This document shows, piece after piece, positions 1 to 10,309 of a stretch of DNA of 64,000 nt; the first letter of the stretch is position 1, and every line of letters starts with the position of its first letter. The translations under genes were made by a program, and so were the position numbers. The notes below the pieces were generated by a model. The model saw only the letters and a list, made by a program, of their open reading frames with translations. It was not told the DNA's origin and did not search any database. The stretch is from Candidatus Eiseniibacteriota bacterium. GTDB taxonomy: Bacteria; Eisenbacteria; RBG-16-71-46. The stretch covers positions 288,001-352,000 of the forward strand of contig CAVZLN010000006.1 in NCBI GenBank assembly GCA_963776245.1. Direction: 5' to 3'.

Positions 1-464
1 AGCCGCTCACCCGCTACTACTGGATGCCGTGGGTGGACAGCGGTGCGACCTCGCAGGGCGTGATCGAGATGTCGAACCTGGTGCCGCTCGAGCGCGCCGG
101 CGGGCTGCACGTCAACTACCTGGTGAACTACACCCATCGTGACAGTGCGCTGTTCCAGCAGACCGACGAACAGGTGCTGGCGCTCTATCGCCGCGACCTC
201 GCGTCGCTGTTCCCCGCCGCCGCGGGGTCGGTGGTGGACGCGTTCCTGTTCCGCGCGCCGTTCGTGGAGCCGATGTGGACCGTGGGCTACCGCCAGGTCC
301 GTCCGCCCACGTCGGTGGTGCCGGGCCGGCTCTACCTGGTGTGCACCGCCCAGGTCTACCCGCGCGTGAACTCGTGGAACTCGTGCTGCGAGGTGGCGGA
401 CGAGATGGCGCAGGGATTCATCGCGGAGACCGCGGGGCTCGCGGCCGCGGGGGCGCGCGCGTGA
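1..464 (+). CDS. C-terminal part of a probable FAD-dependent oxidoreductase (truncated by window edge)
   Basis: Open frame from the window start. C-terminus (LYLVCTAQVYPRVNSWNSCC) resembles oxidoreductases found in glycosylation loci. Stop overlaps the wecB GTG (GTGA). Confidence 0.55.
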   Translation, partial: PLTRYYWMPWVDSGATSQGVIEMSNLVPLERAGGLHVNYLVNYTHRDSALFQQTDEQVLALYRRDLASLFPAAAGSVVDAFLFRAPFVEPMWTVGYRQVRPPTSVVPGRLYLVCTAQVYPRVNSWNSCCEVADEMAQGFIAETAGLAAAGARA

Positions 465-1534
465 GGATCGGCATCGTCGTCGGCACGCGCCCCGAGATCA
501 TCAAGATGGCCCCCGTGGTGCGCGCCTGCCAGAAGCGCGGCGTGCCGTTCGTGCTGCTCCACACCGGCCAGCACTACTCGTTCGAGATGGACGGCGTGTT
601 CTTCGAGGAGCTCGGCCTGCCGGCCCCGAACGCCAACCTCGAGGTGGGTTCGGGCACCCAGGCGTACCAGATCGGCACCATGATCCTGGGCTTCGAGCCG
701 CTCCTCGCGCGCGAACGGCCCGACGTGCTGCTGGTCGAGGGCGACACCAGCTCGGTGCTGGCCGGGGCCCTGACCGCGCAGAAGATGGGCATCCCGGTCG
801 GGCACGTCGAAGCCGGATTGCGCTCGTACGACCGCGGCATGCCGGAGGAGATCAACCGCATCCTCACCGACCATCTGTCGCAGTGGCTGTTCGCTCCCAC
901 CGCGCACTCGCGCGACATCCTGCTCGCCGAACAGATCGCGGCCGCGCGCATCCATGTCACCGGCAACACCGTGGTGGACGAGCTGCTGCTCCAGCGCGGG
1001 CGCGCGATGCGCCCCGAGTTGTTCGAGCGCTTCGGCGTGGAACCCGGGCGCTACGCGCTCGCGACCGTGCACCGGGCCGAGAACACCGACGCGCCGGCGC
1101 GCCTGCGCGGGATCGTCGACGGGTTGGCGGGCGCCGCCCGGGCGCTCGGCATCCCGGTGCTGGCCGCGCTCCACCCGCGCACCACCGTCCGGCTGGAGTC
1201 CATGGGGATCGTCTTCGACGGCGGGGTGCGCGCCCTGCCGCCCCTGCCCTACCTCGACTTCCTCGGCCTGCACGCGCGCGCCGCGCTGGTGCTCACCGAC
1301 TCGGGCGGGCTCCAGGAGGAGGCGTGCACGCTCGGGGTGCCGTGCGTGACGCTGCGCGACAACACCGAGCGGCCCGAGTCGGTGGAGGTGGGCGCCAACC
1401 TGCTCGCCGGCGCCGCGCCCGAGCGCATCGTGGAGTGCGCGCTCGCGATGAAGGACCGGCCCCGCGGCTGGCCGAACCCGTTCGGCGACGGCCACAGCGG
1501 CGAGCACATCGTGGACCTGCTGCTGAAGGCCTGA
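461..1534 (+). CDS. wecB: UDP-N-acetylglucosamine 2-epimerase (non-hydrolysing)
   Basis: Motifs GTRPEIIK, HTGQHY, EGDT, HVEAGLRS, PEEINR, DSGGLQEE, TERPE, NPFGDG. Confidence 0.95.
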   Translation: MRIGIVVGTRPEIIKMAPVVRACQKRGVPFVLLHTGQHYSFEMDGVFFEELGLPAPNANLEVGSGTQAYQIGTMILGFEPLLARERPDVLLVEGDTSSVLAGALTAQKMGIPVGHVEAGLRSYDRGMPEEINRILTDHLSQWLFAPTAHSRDILLAEQIAAARIHVTGNTVVDELLLQRGRAMRPELFERFGVEPGRYALATVHRAENTDAPARLRGIVDGLAGAARALGIPVLAALHPRTTVRLESMGIVFDGGVRALPPLPYLDFLGLHARAALVLTDSGGLQEEACTLGVPCVTLRDNTERPESVEVGANLLAGAAPERIVECALAMKDRPRGWPNPFGDGHSGEHIVDLLLKA

Positions 1535-1536
1535 GC

Positions 1537-3117
1537 ATGCCCGGACCGACCACGCCCTCGACCCTCGCCGAGCGACGCGGCCTGATGCTGCTGTTGTTCG
1601 CGGCGCTCATCCTGCGCCTGTGGCATCTCGGCGCGCTCAGCCTGTGGACCGACGAGGCGTACATGTGGGCCGCCGTGCGCGGTTCGCTCGGCGAGGTGTG
1701 GCGCTTCTGCATGTACAAGGACGCCAGCCCGCCGCTGTTCCACCTGCTCACCTGGCTGGCGCTGAGGCTCGGCGATGACGAGGCCAACCTGCGCCTGGTC
1801 TCGGCGCTCGCCTCGGTGGTGATGGTGTGGCTGACCTACCGGCTGGCGCGCCTGTGGGCCGACCGGCGCGAGGCCCTGGTCGCCGCGGCGCTGGTGGCAC
1901 TGTCGCCGTTCCAGCTCATGTACGCGCAGGAGGCGCGCAACTACATGCTGGTCGGCGTGTGGACCGTGTTGGCGCTCTACCTGTTCGCCCGCGCGCTGCT
2001 GCTCGGGAGACCACGGGCCTGGTGGCCGTTGAGCGGCGCGATCGCGCTCGGACTGTGGACCCAGCCGATCGCGGTGCTCGGGCTCGGCGCCCAGGGTCTG
2101 CTCGCGCTCATCCGGGCACCCGGCTGGCGCCGCCTGGGGCGCTGGGCGCTCGCGGTCGCGGTCGGCATCGCCCTCTACCTGCCTTGGCTCATCGTCGGGT
2201 TGCAGCAGGCGGCGCACACCGGCGACAGCCACTGGTACATCGACCGGCCCGACAGCCGCGACGCGTTCCAGGTGCTGCGCGCGCTGATGCTCTCGCCGGT
2301 GCCGCTCGTCACCGCCCCGGCGTCCGCGCCGGCGCCCGGGCTCGAGGCGCTGATGCCCCGCGCCCTCGCCCAGTTGCTGCTGCTGGTCCTGGCATTCGTG
2401 CCGCTGGCGATCGGCGCGTCCGCGGGGATCCGGCGGGACGCCCGCGGCGAGGGCGCGCGCTTCGCGCTGGTGGCGCTGCTCGCGCCGCTGCTCGCGGTGT
2501 TCGCGCTGTCGTTCAAGCAGTCCTTCTGGCTGCCGCGCTACTTCGTGTTCCTGACGCCCTTCGTGGCGCTGTTGACCGCTTCGGGGCTGATGCGGATGAG
2601 ACCCGGGGCGCTGGCGCGCGGGTGGGGCGTCGTGCTCCTGGTGGTCTCGGCGTACGCCTGCGTGCGCGTGGAATGGGATTACGGCAAGGAGCGCTGGCGC
2701 GAGGTGACGCGCTCGATCGTGGCGCGCGCCGTGGCCGGCAGGAGCGCGGTGCTGGTGCCGTACAACAGCGCGCCGGTGCTCTACTACGAGCGCACGCTGA
2801 CGGCGCCGCCGCCGGCGTTCGAGGTGTCGCACCCCGACGTGCCGTTCCAGTCCGAATGGACGCCCGCGCAGATGGAGGAGATGTCGCGCACGGCGCGTGC
2901 CCAGGTGGTCGGGCGCGAGGACGTGTGGGTGATCGTGTGCAGCCCCAGCTCGGAGCCCCGCCGCCGGGTCGCGGCGCTCGCCGAGTCGGCTGCCGCCGGT
3001 GAGGGCCGCGCGCTGGTATTGCGCGAGACCTGGGACTCCACCACCGGTCCGCTGCACGTGTCGCGCTACCGCCGCGGCGCGCCCCCGATCGACGCGAGGC
3101 TCGAAGCCGGGAAGTAG
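1537..3117 (+). CDS. GT-C (GT39/ArnT/PMT-like) multi-pass membrane glycosyltransferase
   Basis: SLWTDEA, PPLFHLL, YAQEARNY motifs and many hydrophobic segments. Confidence 0.85.
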   Translation: MPGPTTPSTLAERRGLMLLLFAALILRLWHLGALSLWTDEAYMWAAVRGSLGEVWRFCMYKDASPPLFHLLTWLALRLGDDEANLRLVSALASVVMVWLTYRLARLWADRREALVAAALVALSPFQLMYAQEARNYMLVGVWTVLALYLFARALLLGRPRAWWPLSGAIALGLWTQPIAVLGLGAQGLLALIRAPGWRRLGRWALAVAVGIALYLPWLIVGLQQAAHTGDSHWYIDRPDSRDAFQVLRALMLSPVPLVTAPASAPAPGLEALMPRALAQLLLLVLAFVPLAIGASAGIRRDARGEGARFALVALLAPLLAVFALSFKQSFWLPRYFVFLTPFVALLTASGLMRMRPGALARGWGVVLLVVSAYACVRVEWDYGKERWREVTRSIVARAVAGRSAVLVPYNSAPVLYYERTLTAPPPAFEVSHPDVPFQSEWTPAQMEEMSRTARAQVVGREDVWVIVCSPSSEPRRRVAALAESAAAGEGRALVLRETWDSTTGPLHVSRYRRGAPPIDARLEAGK

Positions 3118-3527
3118 GCGAAGGGGGCACGGGCGGCGAAGGGCGTGAATGAGGGTGCGCGCGAGCTGTCATCTTCCCCACCTGAGCGTGACTGAAGCGG
3201 GTGCCCGTCGGAGTGCGAAGTGTGAGACGCGTGCGAACCAGCCCTCGCCCGATCTTCCGGTGCGATCGATTGCCGGCGTGTTCGGCCCGGACCGACGAAT
3301 TGACTTGACACGTTTCGCGGACCCCGGCGTGCCCGACCCGCGGCCCGTGCTGCGATCGCGCGCCTGCGCGCGCAGGATGCGCGGAGACGTCCTCGCGGCT
3401 TCGTGTGGTGGTCACTTTGCCTGATGCCCCGCGCGGCGCGCCCTCCGGGCACGCACGAGCGTCTCGAACACGCATGCTATACAGAGCGCGTGCCCCCGCG
3501 ACCGAGTCCCCGTTGCGGAGTCCCGCC

Positions 3528-4917
3528 ATGCCGTCCTACTCGCTGTCCCATCTCCCCGACCCGGTCCTGCTGCATGACCTGGCCGCGCTCGTCGCGCAGG
3601 ATCGCGTCACCGCCGCCGCGCTGCTCGCCCACCTCGCCGAGGTCGATGCCCGTCGGCTCTACCGGCCGGCGGCCTACCCGTCCATGTTCGCCTGGTGCGT
3701 GGGCGAGCTGGGGCTGTCCGATGACGCGGCGTTCCGGCGCATCCGCGCGGCGCGCACGGCCCGGGAGTTCCCCGCCATCTTCCCGATGCTGGCCGACGGC
3801 CGACTGGATCTGAGCGCGGTGCTGCGGCTGGCACCCTATCTGACCGTCGACACCGCCGACGATCTGCTCGCCGCCGCGGCGGGCAGGACGGACCGCGAGC
3901 TCGAGCGGCTGCTGGCCGAGCGCTTCCCACGGCCCAACCTGCCGGCACTGGTGCAGCCGCTCGCTGGCGACGAACTGGCGCCGGCGCCAGTCGGCGCGCT
4001 CGCGGGTGAACTGGCGGCGCCGCCAGTTGGGAATCCCCTCGCTCAACTGGCGGCGCCGCCAGTTCAGGACGATGTCATGCAACACGCCCCGGGGCGTGTT
4101 CGCCCACCTGCGTCACACCCGGTGATCGGGCCCTTGTCACCCGGGAGCTTCGCCCTCCAGTGCACCATCGGCCAAGCCACCCACGACAGGCTGCGCTACG
4201 CCCAGGCCCTGCTCGGGCACGCGGTGCCCTCGGGCGACCTCGTGCAGGTGCTGGACCGCGCCCTCGATGCGCTGATCTCCAAGCTCGAGCAGCGCAAGTT
4301 CGCCCCCACCGCCCGCTCGTGCCCGAGCCGCCGGCGCCGCGCGGCGGACAGCCGCTACGTGCCCGCCGCCGTGCGGCGCACCGTCTGGCAGCGCGACGGC
4401 GGCCAGTGCACCTTCGTGAGCGAGTCAGGCCGGCGCTGCGGGGCCACCGCGAGGTTGGAGTTCGATCACATCGACCCGTTCGCGCGCGGCGGGCAGGCGA
4501 CGCCGGCCGGACTGCGCCTGCGCTGCCGGGCGCACAACCAGTTCGAGGCGGAGCGCACCTACGGCGCCGGGTTCATGGCTCACAAGCGCGCCGAGTCCCA
4601 GCGCCGGGCGGCGGCGACCCGCGAAGCGAAGCGGGCGCACGCCGCCGCCGAGGCGCGCGCACGCGAGGATGCACAGGCACAGGAGCGCGAACGCGCCGCC
4701 GCCCGGCAGGCCAGCGCGGACGAAGTGATCCCGTGGCTCCGGGGGCTCGGATTCCGGGCCGACGAGGCGCGCCGCGCGGCGGCGTGCTGCGACACCATGG
4801 TGGACGCGCCGATCGAGGCGACGGGTCCGCGCCGCGCTCTCGAGGCTGGCGCCCGGCGGCGCACGCCGCGTCCCGAACCTCGCGAGCGCTGCGGGCATGA
4901 ACGCGATCGGAGGGTGA
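3528..4917 (+). CDS. HNH endonuclease with N-terminal helical (DUF222-like) region and RuvA-C-like tail; frameshift near 4820
   Basis: RYVPAAVRRTVWQRDGGQC..RC....LEFDHIDPFARGG....LRLRCRAHN. Tail EVIPWLRGLGFRADEARRAA. Shifted frame RVRAALSRLAP...GG ends at TGA 4915-4917. Confidence 0.85.
3973..4100. repeat. Array of four 20-bp palindromic units, 36-bp period, unique 16-bp spacers, in frame inside the HNH gene
   Basis: AACTGGCGCCGGCGCCAGTC (3973), AACTGGCGGCGCCGCCAGTT (4009 and 4045), AACACGCCCCGGGGCGTGTT (4081). Confidence 0.9.
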
Positions 4918-5109
4918 GGAAGCCGCTGCCCGCTTCACCTCGGGACCGACGGCACGCGGGGGCCGATGCCCGCGGCGCAGGTTCCTGTCCCGGCGCCCAG
5001 CCTCTTCACCTCGCCGCCAGCGGCTTACGAACCACCCCGCGCCCGCCGCCGATGATAGTGTCACGCGGACGTCACCGCGCCCGGGCCGCGGGGCGGACGA
5101 GGAGTGGCC

Positions 5110-5772
5110 ATGCACTCTCGACGTGCATTCGGGTTCTTCGCGTTGGCGGGCACACTGGCGGGCACGCTGGCGCTCGCCGGGTGCTCGCGCGATCTCCCGC
5201 TCTATCCGCAAGCGCACGCCCTCGCCGGGCGGGTGCGACTGACGGGGATGCTCACAGCGGACGACGCGAGGCCCCTCGGCACGCGGGTGGTGGACGACGC
5301 CGACGGGGTCCCGGTCGAGCTCCTCTATGGCGAGCAGGTCGTCGCCCGGACCACCACCACGGATGGTGTCTATCGGTTCACCGGGGTGCGGCCCGGCGGC
5401 TACCGGGTGCGGGCGAGCATCTTCGGGCCCGTCAACGACCGGACCGCGGCTCTGACCATCGCGAACTCGGACGTCTTCTCAGCGGACACCCTGAGTCTGA
5501 CGTCGTCCGGCGATCTCTACCCCGCACCCAATCCGATCGGGGACGGCAGCACCATCTTCTTCGCCGTGCCGGACACCGAGTGGGTCGAGGTGCGCGTCCT
5601 CGACGCGAAGGGCGACCTGGTCCGCGCGCTGGTCCACCGCCGCGCCGACCCCGGGCTCGCGAGCACCTTCTGGAACGGCTGCGACCAGGCGGGGGTCTCG
5701 GTGCCCGGTTCGCTGTTCTGGGTGACCTTCGAGTCCGGAGCGGACCTGCGCGCTCAGCTGCTCTTCAAGTGA
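5110..5772 (+). CDS. Lipoprotein with carboxypeptidase-regulatory-like beta-sandwich and C-terminal FlgD-Ig-like domain
   Basis: Lipobox LAGC, TTTTDGVYRFTGVRPGGYRV, C-terminal PAPNP...VLDAKGDLVRAL...WNGCDQAG. Confidence 0.7.
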   Translation: MHSRRAFGFFALAGTLAGTLALAGCSRDLPLYPQAHALAGRVRLTGMLTADDARPLGTRVVDDADGVPVELLYGEQVVARTTTTDGVYRFTGVRPGGYRVRASIFGPVNDRTAALTIANSDVFSADTLSLTSSGDLYPAPNPIGDGSTIFFAVPDTEWVEVRVLDAKGDLVRALVHRRADPGLASTFWNGCDQAGVSVPGSLFWVTFESGADLRAQLLFK

Positions 5773-5787
5773 GCGGCCGCCCGATCC

Positions 5788-8435
5788 CTACGCCTGCGGG
5801 GTCTGGCGCAGGCTGGTCTGCATCTTCTGCAGCTTCTCGAGGTTCTCCTCGAGCTGCGCGAGCCGGGCGCGCTCGCGCTCGACCACCTCGGGCTTGGCCT
5901 TGTCGAGGAAGTCCTGGTTGCGCAGCTTCTTCTTCACGTTCTCGAGGTCGCCGAGCAGCCGGTCGGCCTCGCGCGCGAGCCGGGCGCGCTCTTCGTCCAC
6001 GTCGATCAGCCCCTCGAGCGGCAGGAACACCTCGGCGCCTTCCACCACCGCCGACGCCGCCACCGCCGGACGCGAGCCGTCGCGCGCCACGGTCAGCGTC
6101 TCGATGCGCGCGAGCGGCTTGAGCTGGTCGGCGAGGCGCTCGACCAGGTCGAGCTGCGCGGCGGTGCCGCGCACCATCACCGGCACCGCCTTGCCCGGGG
6201 CGATCTTCGCCTCGACGCGCAGGTTGCGCACCGCGACCACCAGCGCCTGCAGGAACTCCACCTCGCGCTCGGCGTCGGCGTCGAACCACGCCTTCTTCGC
6301 CTTGGGCCACGCCGGCGGTCGCCAGCGGCTCGCCGTCGTGCGGCAGCGCCTGCCACAGCTCCTCGGTCACGAACGGCATGAACGGGTGGAGCAGCCGCAG
6401 GATGCCGTCGAGCACCTTCCACGCCACCCAGCGCGCGGTGCGGCGGTCGGCCGGGTCGCGCCTCCATCGGTCCAGCGCGGCTTGGCCATCTCCAGGTACC
6501 AGTCGCAGTACTCGTTCCACGCGAAGTGGTAGACGGCGTTGCGCCGCCTCGTCGAGGCGGTAGGTCTTGAGGTTGCGCGTGATGTCCTTCACCGCGTTGG
6601 CGAAGCGCGACAGGATCCAGCGGTCGGCGAGCGTGAGCCGCAGCTGCGACTCCTTCACCGCGCCGAGGTCCTCGTCGCCGAGGCGCATCTGCACGAGCTT
6701 GGTGGCGTTCCAGATCTTGTTGGCGAAGAACTTCCCGGTCTCGAGCCGCTTCTCGTCGAACAGCAGGTCCTGACCCGTCGGGGTCAGGTAGATCATGGTG
6801 AAGCGCACCGCGTCGGCGCCGTAGCGGTCCATCATCTCGAGCGGGTCGGGCGAGTTGCCGAGCGACTTGCGTCATCTTGCGGCCCTGCGCGTCGCGCACG
6901 ATGGCGGTGAACAGCACGTGCGGGAACGGCGCCTCGCCGAGGAACTCGTACCCGGCCATGATCATGCGCGCGACCCAGAAGAAGATGATGTCGGCGCCGG
7001 TGACCATGAGGCTGTTCGGGTAGTAGCGCTGCGAGGTCCGCGGTGTCGTCCGGCCAGCCGAGCGTGGCGAACGGCCACAGCCACGACGAGAACCAGGTGT
7101 CGAGCACGTCCTCGTCCTGGCGCCAGCCCTCGCCCGCCGGCGCGTCCACCGAGACCACCATCTCGTCGCCGCGGTACCACACCGGGATGCGGTGGCCCCA
7201 CCACAGCTGGCGCGAGATGCACCAGTCGCGGATGTTCTCGAGCCAGTGCAGGTACACGTTCTTGTAGCGCGACGGGTAGAACTTCACCTTGCCGCGTTTC
7301 GCGGCCTCGATCGCGGGTGCCGCGAGCGGCGCCATCTTCACGAACCACTGCCACGACAGGTAGGGCTCGATCACGGTGTGGCAGCGCGAGCAGTGGCCGA
7401 CGAGGTGGTGTAGGGCTCGACCTTCTCGAGGTAGCCCGCGTCCCGCAGCGCCTCGACGATGCGCTTGCGCGCCTCGAAGCGGTCGAGGCCGCGGAAGTCG
7501 CCGGCGTTCTCGTTCATCACGCCGTGCTCGTCCATCACCACGACCTCGGGCAGGCCGTGGCGCTGCGCGGTCTGGAAGTCGTTCGGGTCGTGCGCCGGCG
7601 TCACCTTCACCGCGCCGGTGCCGAACTTCGGGTCCACCATCTCGTCGGCGACGATCGGGATCTCGCGGCGCACCAGCGGCAGCACCGCGGTCCGGCCGAC
7701 GAGCTTGGCGTAGCGGCGGTCCTTCGGGCTCACCGCCACCGCGGTGTCGCCCAGCATGGTCTCGGGCCGCGTGGTGGCCACGGTGATCGACTTGTCGCCG
7801 TCCTTGAGCGGGTAGTTGAGGTACCACAGGCTGCCCTGGGTCTCGACGTGGTCCACTTCTTCGTCGGAGAGCGCGGTGAGGCAGCGCGGGCACCAGTTGA
7901 CGATGTAGCGCCCGCGGTAGATGAGCCCCTTGTCGTAGAGCCGCTTGAACACCTCGAGCACGGCGCGCGAGTAGCCCGGGTCGAGGGTGAAGCGCTCGCG
8001 GGTCCAGTCGGGGGTGGTGCCGAGCCGGCGCTCCTGCTGCAGGATGAGCCCGCCGTACTGCTCCTTCCACGCCCACACCTCGGACAGGAAGCCGTCGCGG
8101 CCGAGGTCGTGACGCGAGCGCCCGCCCTCGCGCAGCTTCTTCTCCACCACGTTCTGGGTGGCGATGCCCGCGTGGTCCGTGCCGGGCACGTAGAGCGTCT
8201 CGCGACCCTCCATGCGCTGCCAGCGCACGATCAGGTCGCGGATGGACTCGCCCAGCACGTGGCCCATGGTGAGCGAGCCGGTGACGTTGGGCGGCGGGAT
8301 GGTGATGACGAACGGCTTGCCGGAGCCCGGGGCGGGCTGGAACACCCCGCGCTCCTCCCACGTGCCGTACCAGCGAGCTTCGACCCGCCCCGGATCGTAG
8401 GGCTGTTCGAGCGCCGCGGGATTGCCAGGACGCAT
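5788..8435 (-). CDS. valS: Valine--tRNA ligase (several apparent sequencing frameshifts)
   Basis: [60 protein letters not shown]-terminal coiled coil, spread over several frames. Confidence 0.95.
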
Positions 8436-8576
8436 GTGCGTGACCTCCAGAAGGTCGGCCGGGGGGCTCACGGGACCCCGGGCCGAGAAGGGGCAGCAGG
8501 CTAGCACAGTCGCGCCGCCCCCTCGAAACCCCCGCGCTCGCGCGATGCTGGCCGCGGTGCGGGCGGCGCTGCTAGC

Positions 8577-10157
8577 ATGCGTCGCATGCGCTTCCGACCG
8601 GCCGCCTGCCTCGCCGTGCTGCTGTCGCTGACCTGCCCCCTGTCCGCCCGCGCCACCAGCGGCGAGTACCTGCCGGTGGGCGATCCGCTCGAGGCCGAAC
8701 TGCGGGTGCTCGAGACCCTGCGCCCCGACGAGCGCACCGGCTTCTGGCCGGAGCGCTCGCACGCGACCCACCCCGGCACCCGGCCGGCGCGCATCGGCGA
8801 TCTGCTCGCGCCCACGTTCCTGCCCGACGCGCTCGATCCGGTGCGGCGCATCTCCGCACTCCGTCTCATGCGTGCCCTCGCCCGCGACGTGGTCATCGGG
8901 CCGGCGGCCGACCCGCGGGCCACCCCGCGCCTGAGCGAGCGCGGCGACCTGCGCGACGGCCGCTTCGAGCTCTCCGCCGGCGTCGAGGGCCGCGGGGAGG
9001 TCGCGCGCCACACCGACCCGCGCTTCGGCTCGGGCTCGGGGATGCACCTGCGGGGCACCGCGGCGATCGACCGCTGGACGTTCCACACCCACACCGTGGT
9101 GGGCCAGATCGACGGCGCGCGGGCGTTCGCGGACCCGATCGTGCCCCACAGCGATCTGGTCGCGCACACCGAGGAGACCTACCTCGCCACCGGTGGCGAC
9201 CACTGGGCCGCTCAGTTCGGCCGCTCGCGCTGGGCTTGGGGCCCGGGCGAGGAGGGCTCGCTCACGCTCTCCGCGACCGCTCCCGCCATCACCGGGCTGG
9301 CGATGAGCGCGGACCTGCCGGCCCTCCACGTGCACGCCATCGCGCTCAACGCCACGCTCGGCGCCAGCGCCGGCGAGCAGCTCGCGGCGCATCGGATCGA
9401 GTGGCAGCCGGCCGGCGCGCTGCGCATCGGCGCCACCGAGACCGCGCGCTATCGGGCCAGCGGCTGGCGCCCGCTCTACGCGATGGGCCTGCTCCCCTAC
9501 ATCTTCGCCCAGCGCCTCGAGAGCCAGGACGAGCCCGACTCGCTCAGCGCCCTGCGCAACAACATCATGCTCGGCGCCGACATCGCATGGCGCGTGGCCG
9601 AGGGCACGCGGGTGTACGGCGAGCTGCTGGTCGACGACCTGCACTCGAAGACCGGCGCCAATCCCGACAAGCTCGCGTTCCAGTTCGGCTGGGACGGCGC
9701 GGGCGCCATCGGGCGCTCGCGCGTGACGTGGAACGGCGAGTACACGCGCGTTTCGCGCTACGTCTACACCTCGTTCTTCGGGCGCGCCTACGCCGCGCAC
9801 GGCGAACCGCTGGGCTTCCCCACCGGGCCGGACGCGCGGCGCGCGCGCGTGCGGGTGACGTGGGATCCCTCCGCGGACTGGCAGGTGATCGCGCGCGCGG
9901 CGCGCACCGATCAGGGCGCGAACCGTCTCGACCAGCCGTTCGACCCCGCCAGCGCCGCGCCGGCCGGGAGCCCGTTCGACTTCGAGGGCACGGTCGAGCG
10001 CACCCGCGCCGCCGAGGCCGGCCTGCGCTGGTGGCCCGCCAGCGGCGTGGACCTCACGCTCGGCGCGGGCTGGACGTGGGTGGAAGGCGCCGGGCACGTC
10101 GCCGGCGCGAAGCGCGACGGCCCCCGGGGCTCGCTCGAGGTGCGGCTGACGCGCTGA
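8577..10157 (+). CDS. Capsule assembly Wzi family outer-membrane protein
   Basis: Signal peptide, FGRSRWAWGPGEEGSLTLS, YGELLVDD, GEPLGFPTGPD, beta-barrel-like C-terminus. Confidence 0.75.
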   Translation: MRRMRFRPAACLAVLLSLTCPLSARATSGEYLPVGDPLEAELRVLETLRPDERTGFWPERSHATHPGTRPARIGDLLAPTFLPDALDPVRRISALRLMRALARDVVIGPAADPRATPRLSERGDLRDGRFELSAGVEGRGEVARHTDPRFGSGSGMHLRGTAAIDRWTFHTHTVVGQIDGARAFADPIVPHSDLVAHTEETYLATGGDHWAAQFGRSRWAWGPGEEGSLTLSATAPAITGLAMSADLPALHVHAIALNATLGASAGEQLAAHRIEWQPAGALRIGATETARYRASGWRPLYAMGLLPYIFAQRLESQDEPDSLSALRNNIMLGADIAWRVAEGTRVYGELLVDDLHSKTGANPDKLAFQFGWDGAGAIGRSRVTWNGEYTRVSRYVYTSFFGRAYAAHGEPLGFPTGPDARRARVRVTWDPSADWQVIARAARTDQGANRLDQPFDPASAAPAGSPFDFEGTVERTRAAEAGLRWWPASGVDLTLGAGWTWVEGAGHVAGAKRDGPRGSLEVRLTR

Positions 10158-10309
10158 CGCGCGCCCGCGGAGGCGGATCCGCGGCCGGGGACGGGAGCCC
10201 GTGGCCGTTCTTGCCGCGCTCGTCCGCGAATCAGGTGCGGGGCGCCCGCGCCCGGCTATCGTCCGCGCGACCCGTTCCGTCCGCACCTCCTCCATCGAGG
10301 GAGTCGTCC

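Noticed and set aside
3464..3480. LexA/SOS box upstream of the HNH gene (TCGAAC...)
   Set aside because: Only one half-site matches; the second half is not GTTC.
3973..4100. CRISPR array
   Set aside because: Spacers are only 16 bp, repeats are 20 bp and divergent, the array is in frame within a CDS, and there are no cas genes. Kept as a distinct repeat finding.
3405..6122. 905-aa HNH fusion ORF
   Set aside because: Read-through caused by a frameshift near 4820; the rest overlaps the real lipoprotein gene and antisense valS.
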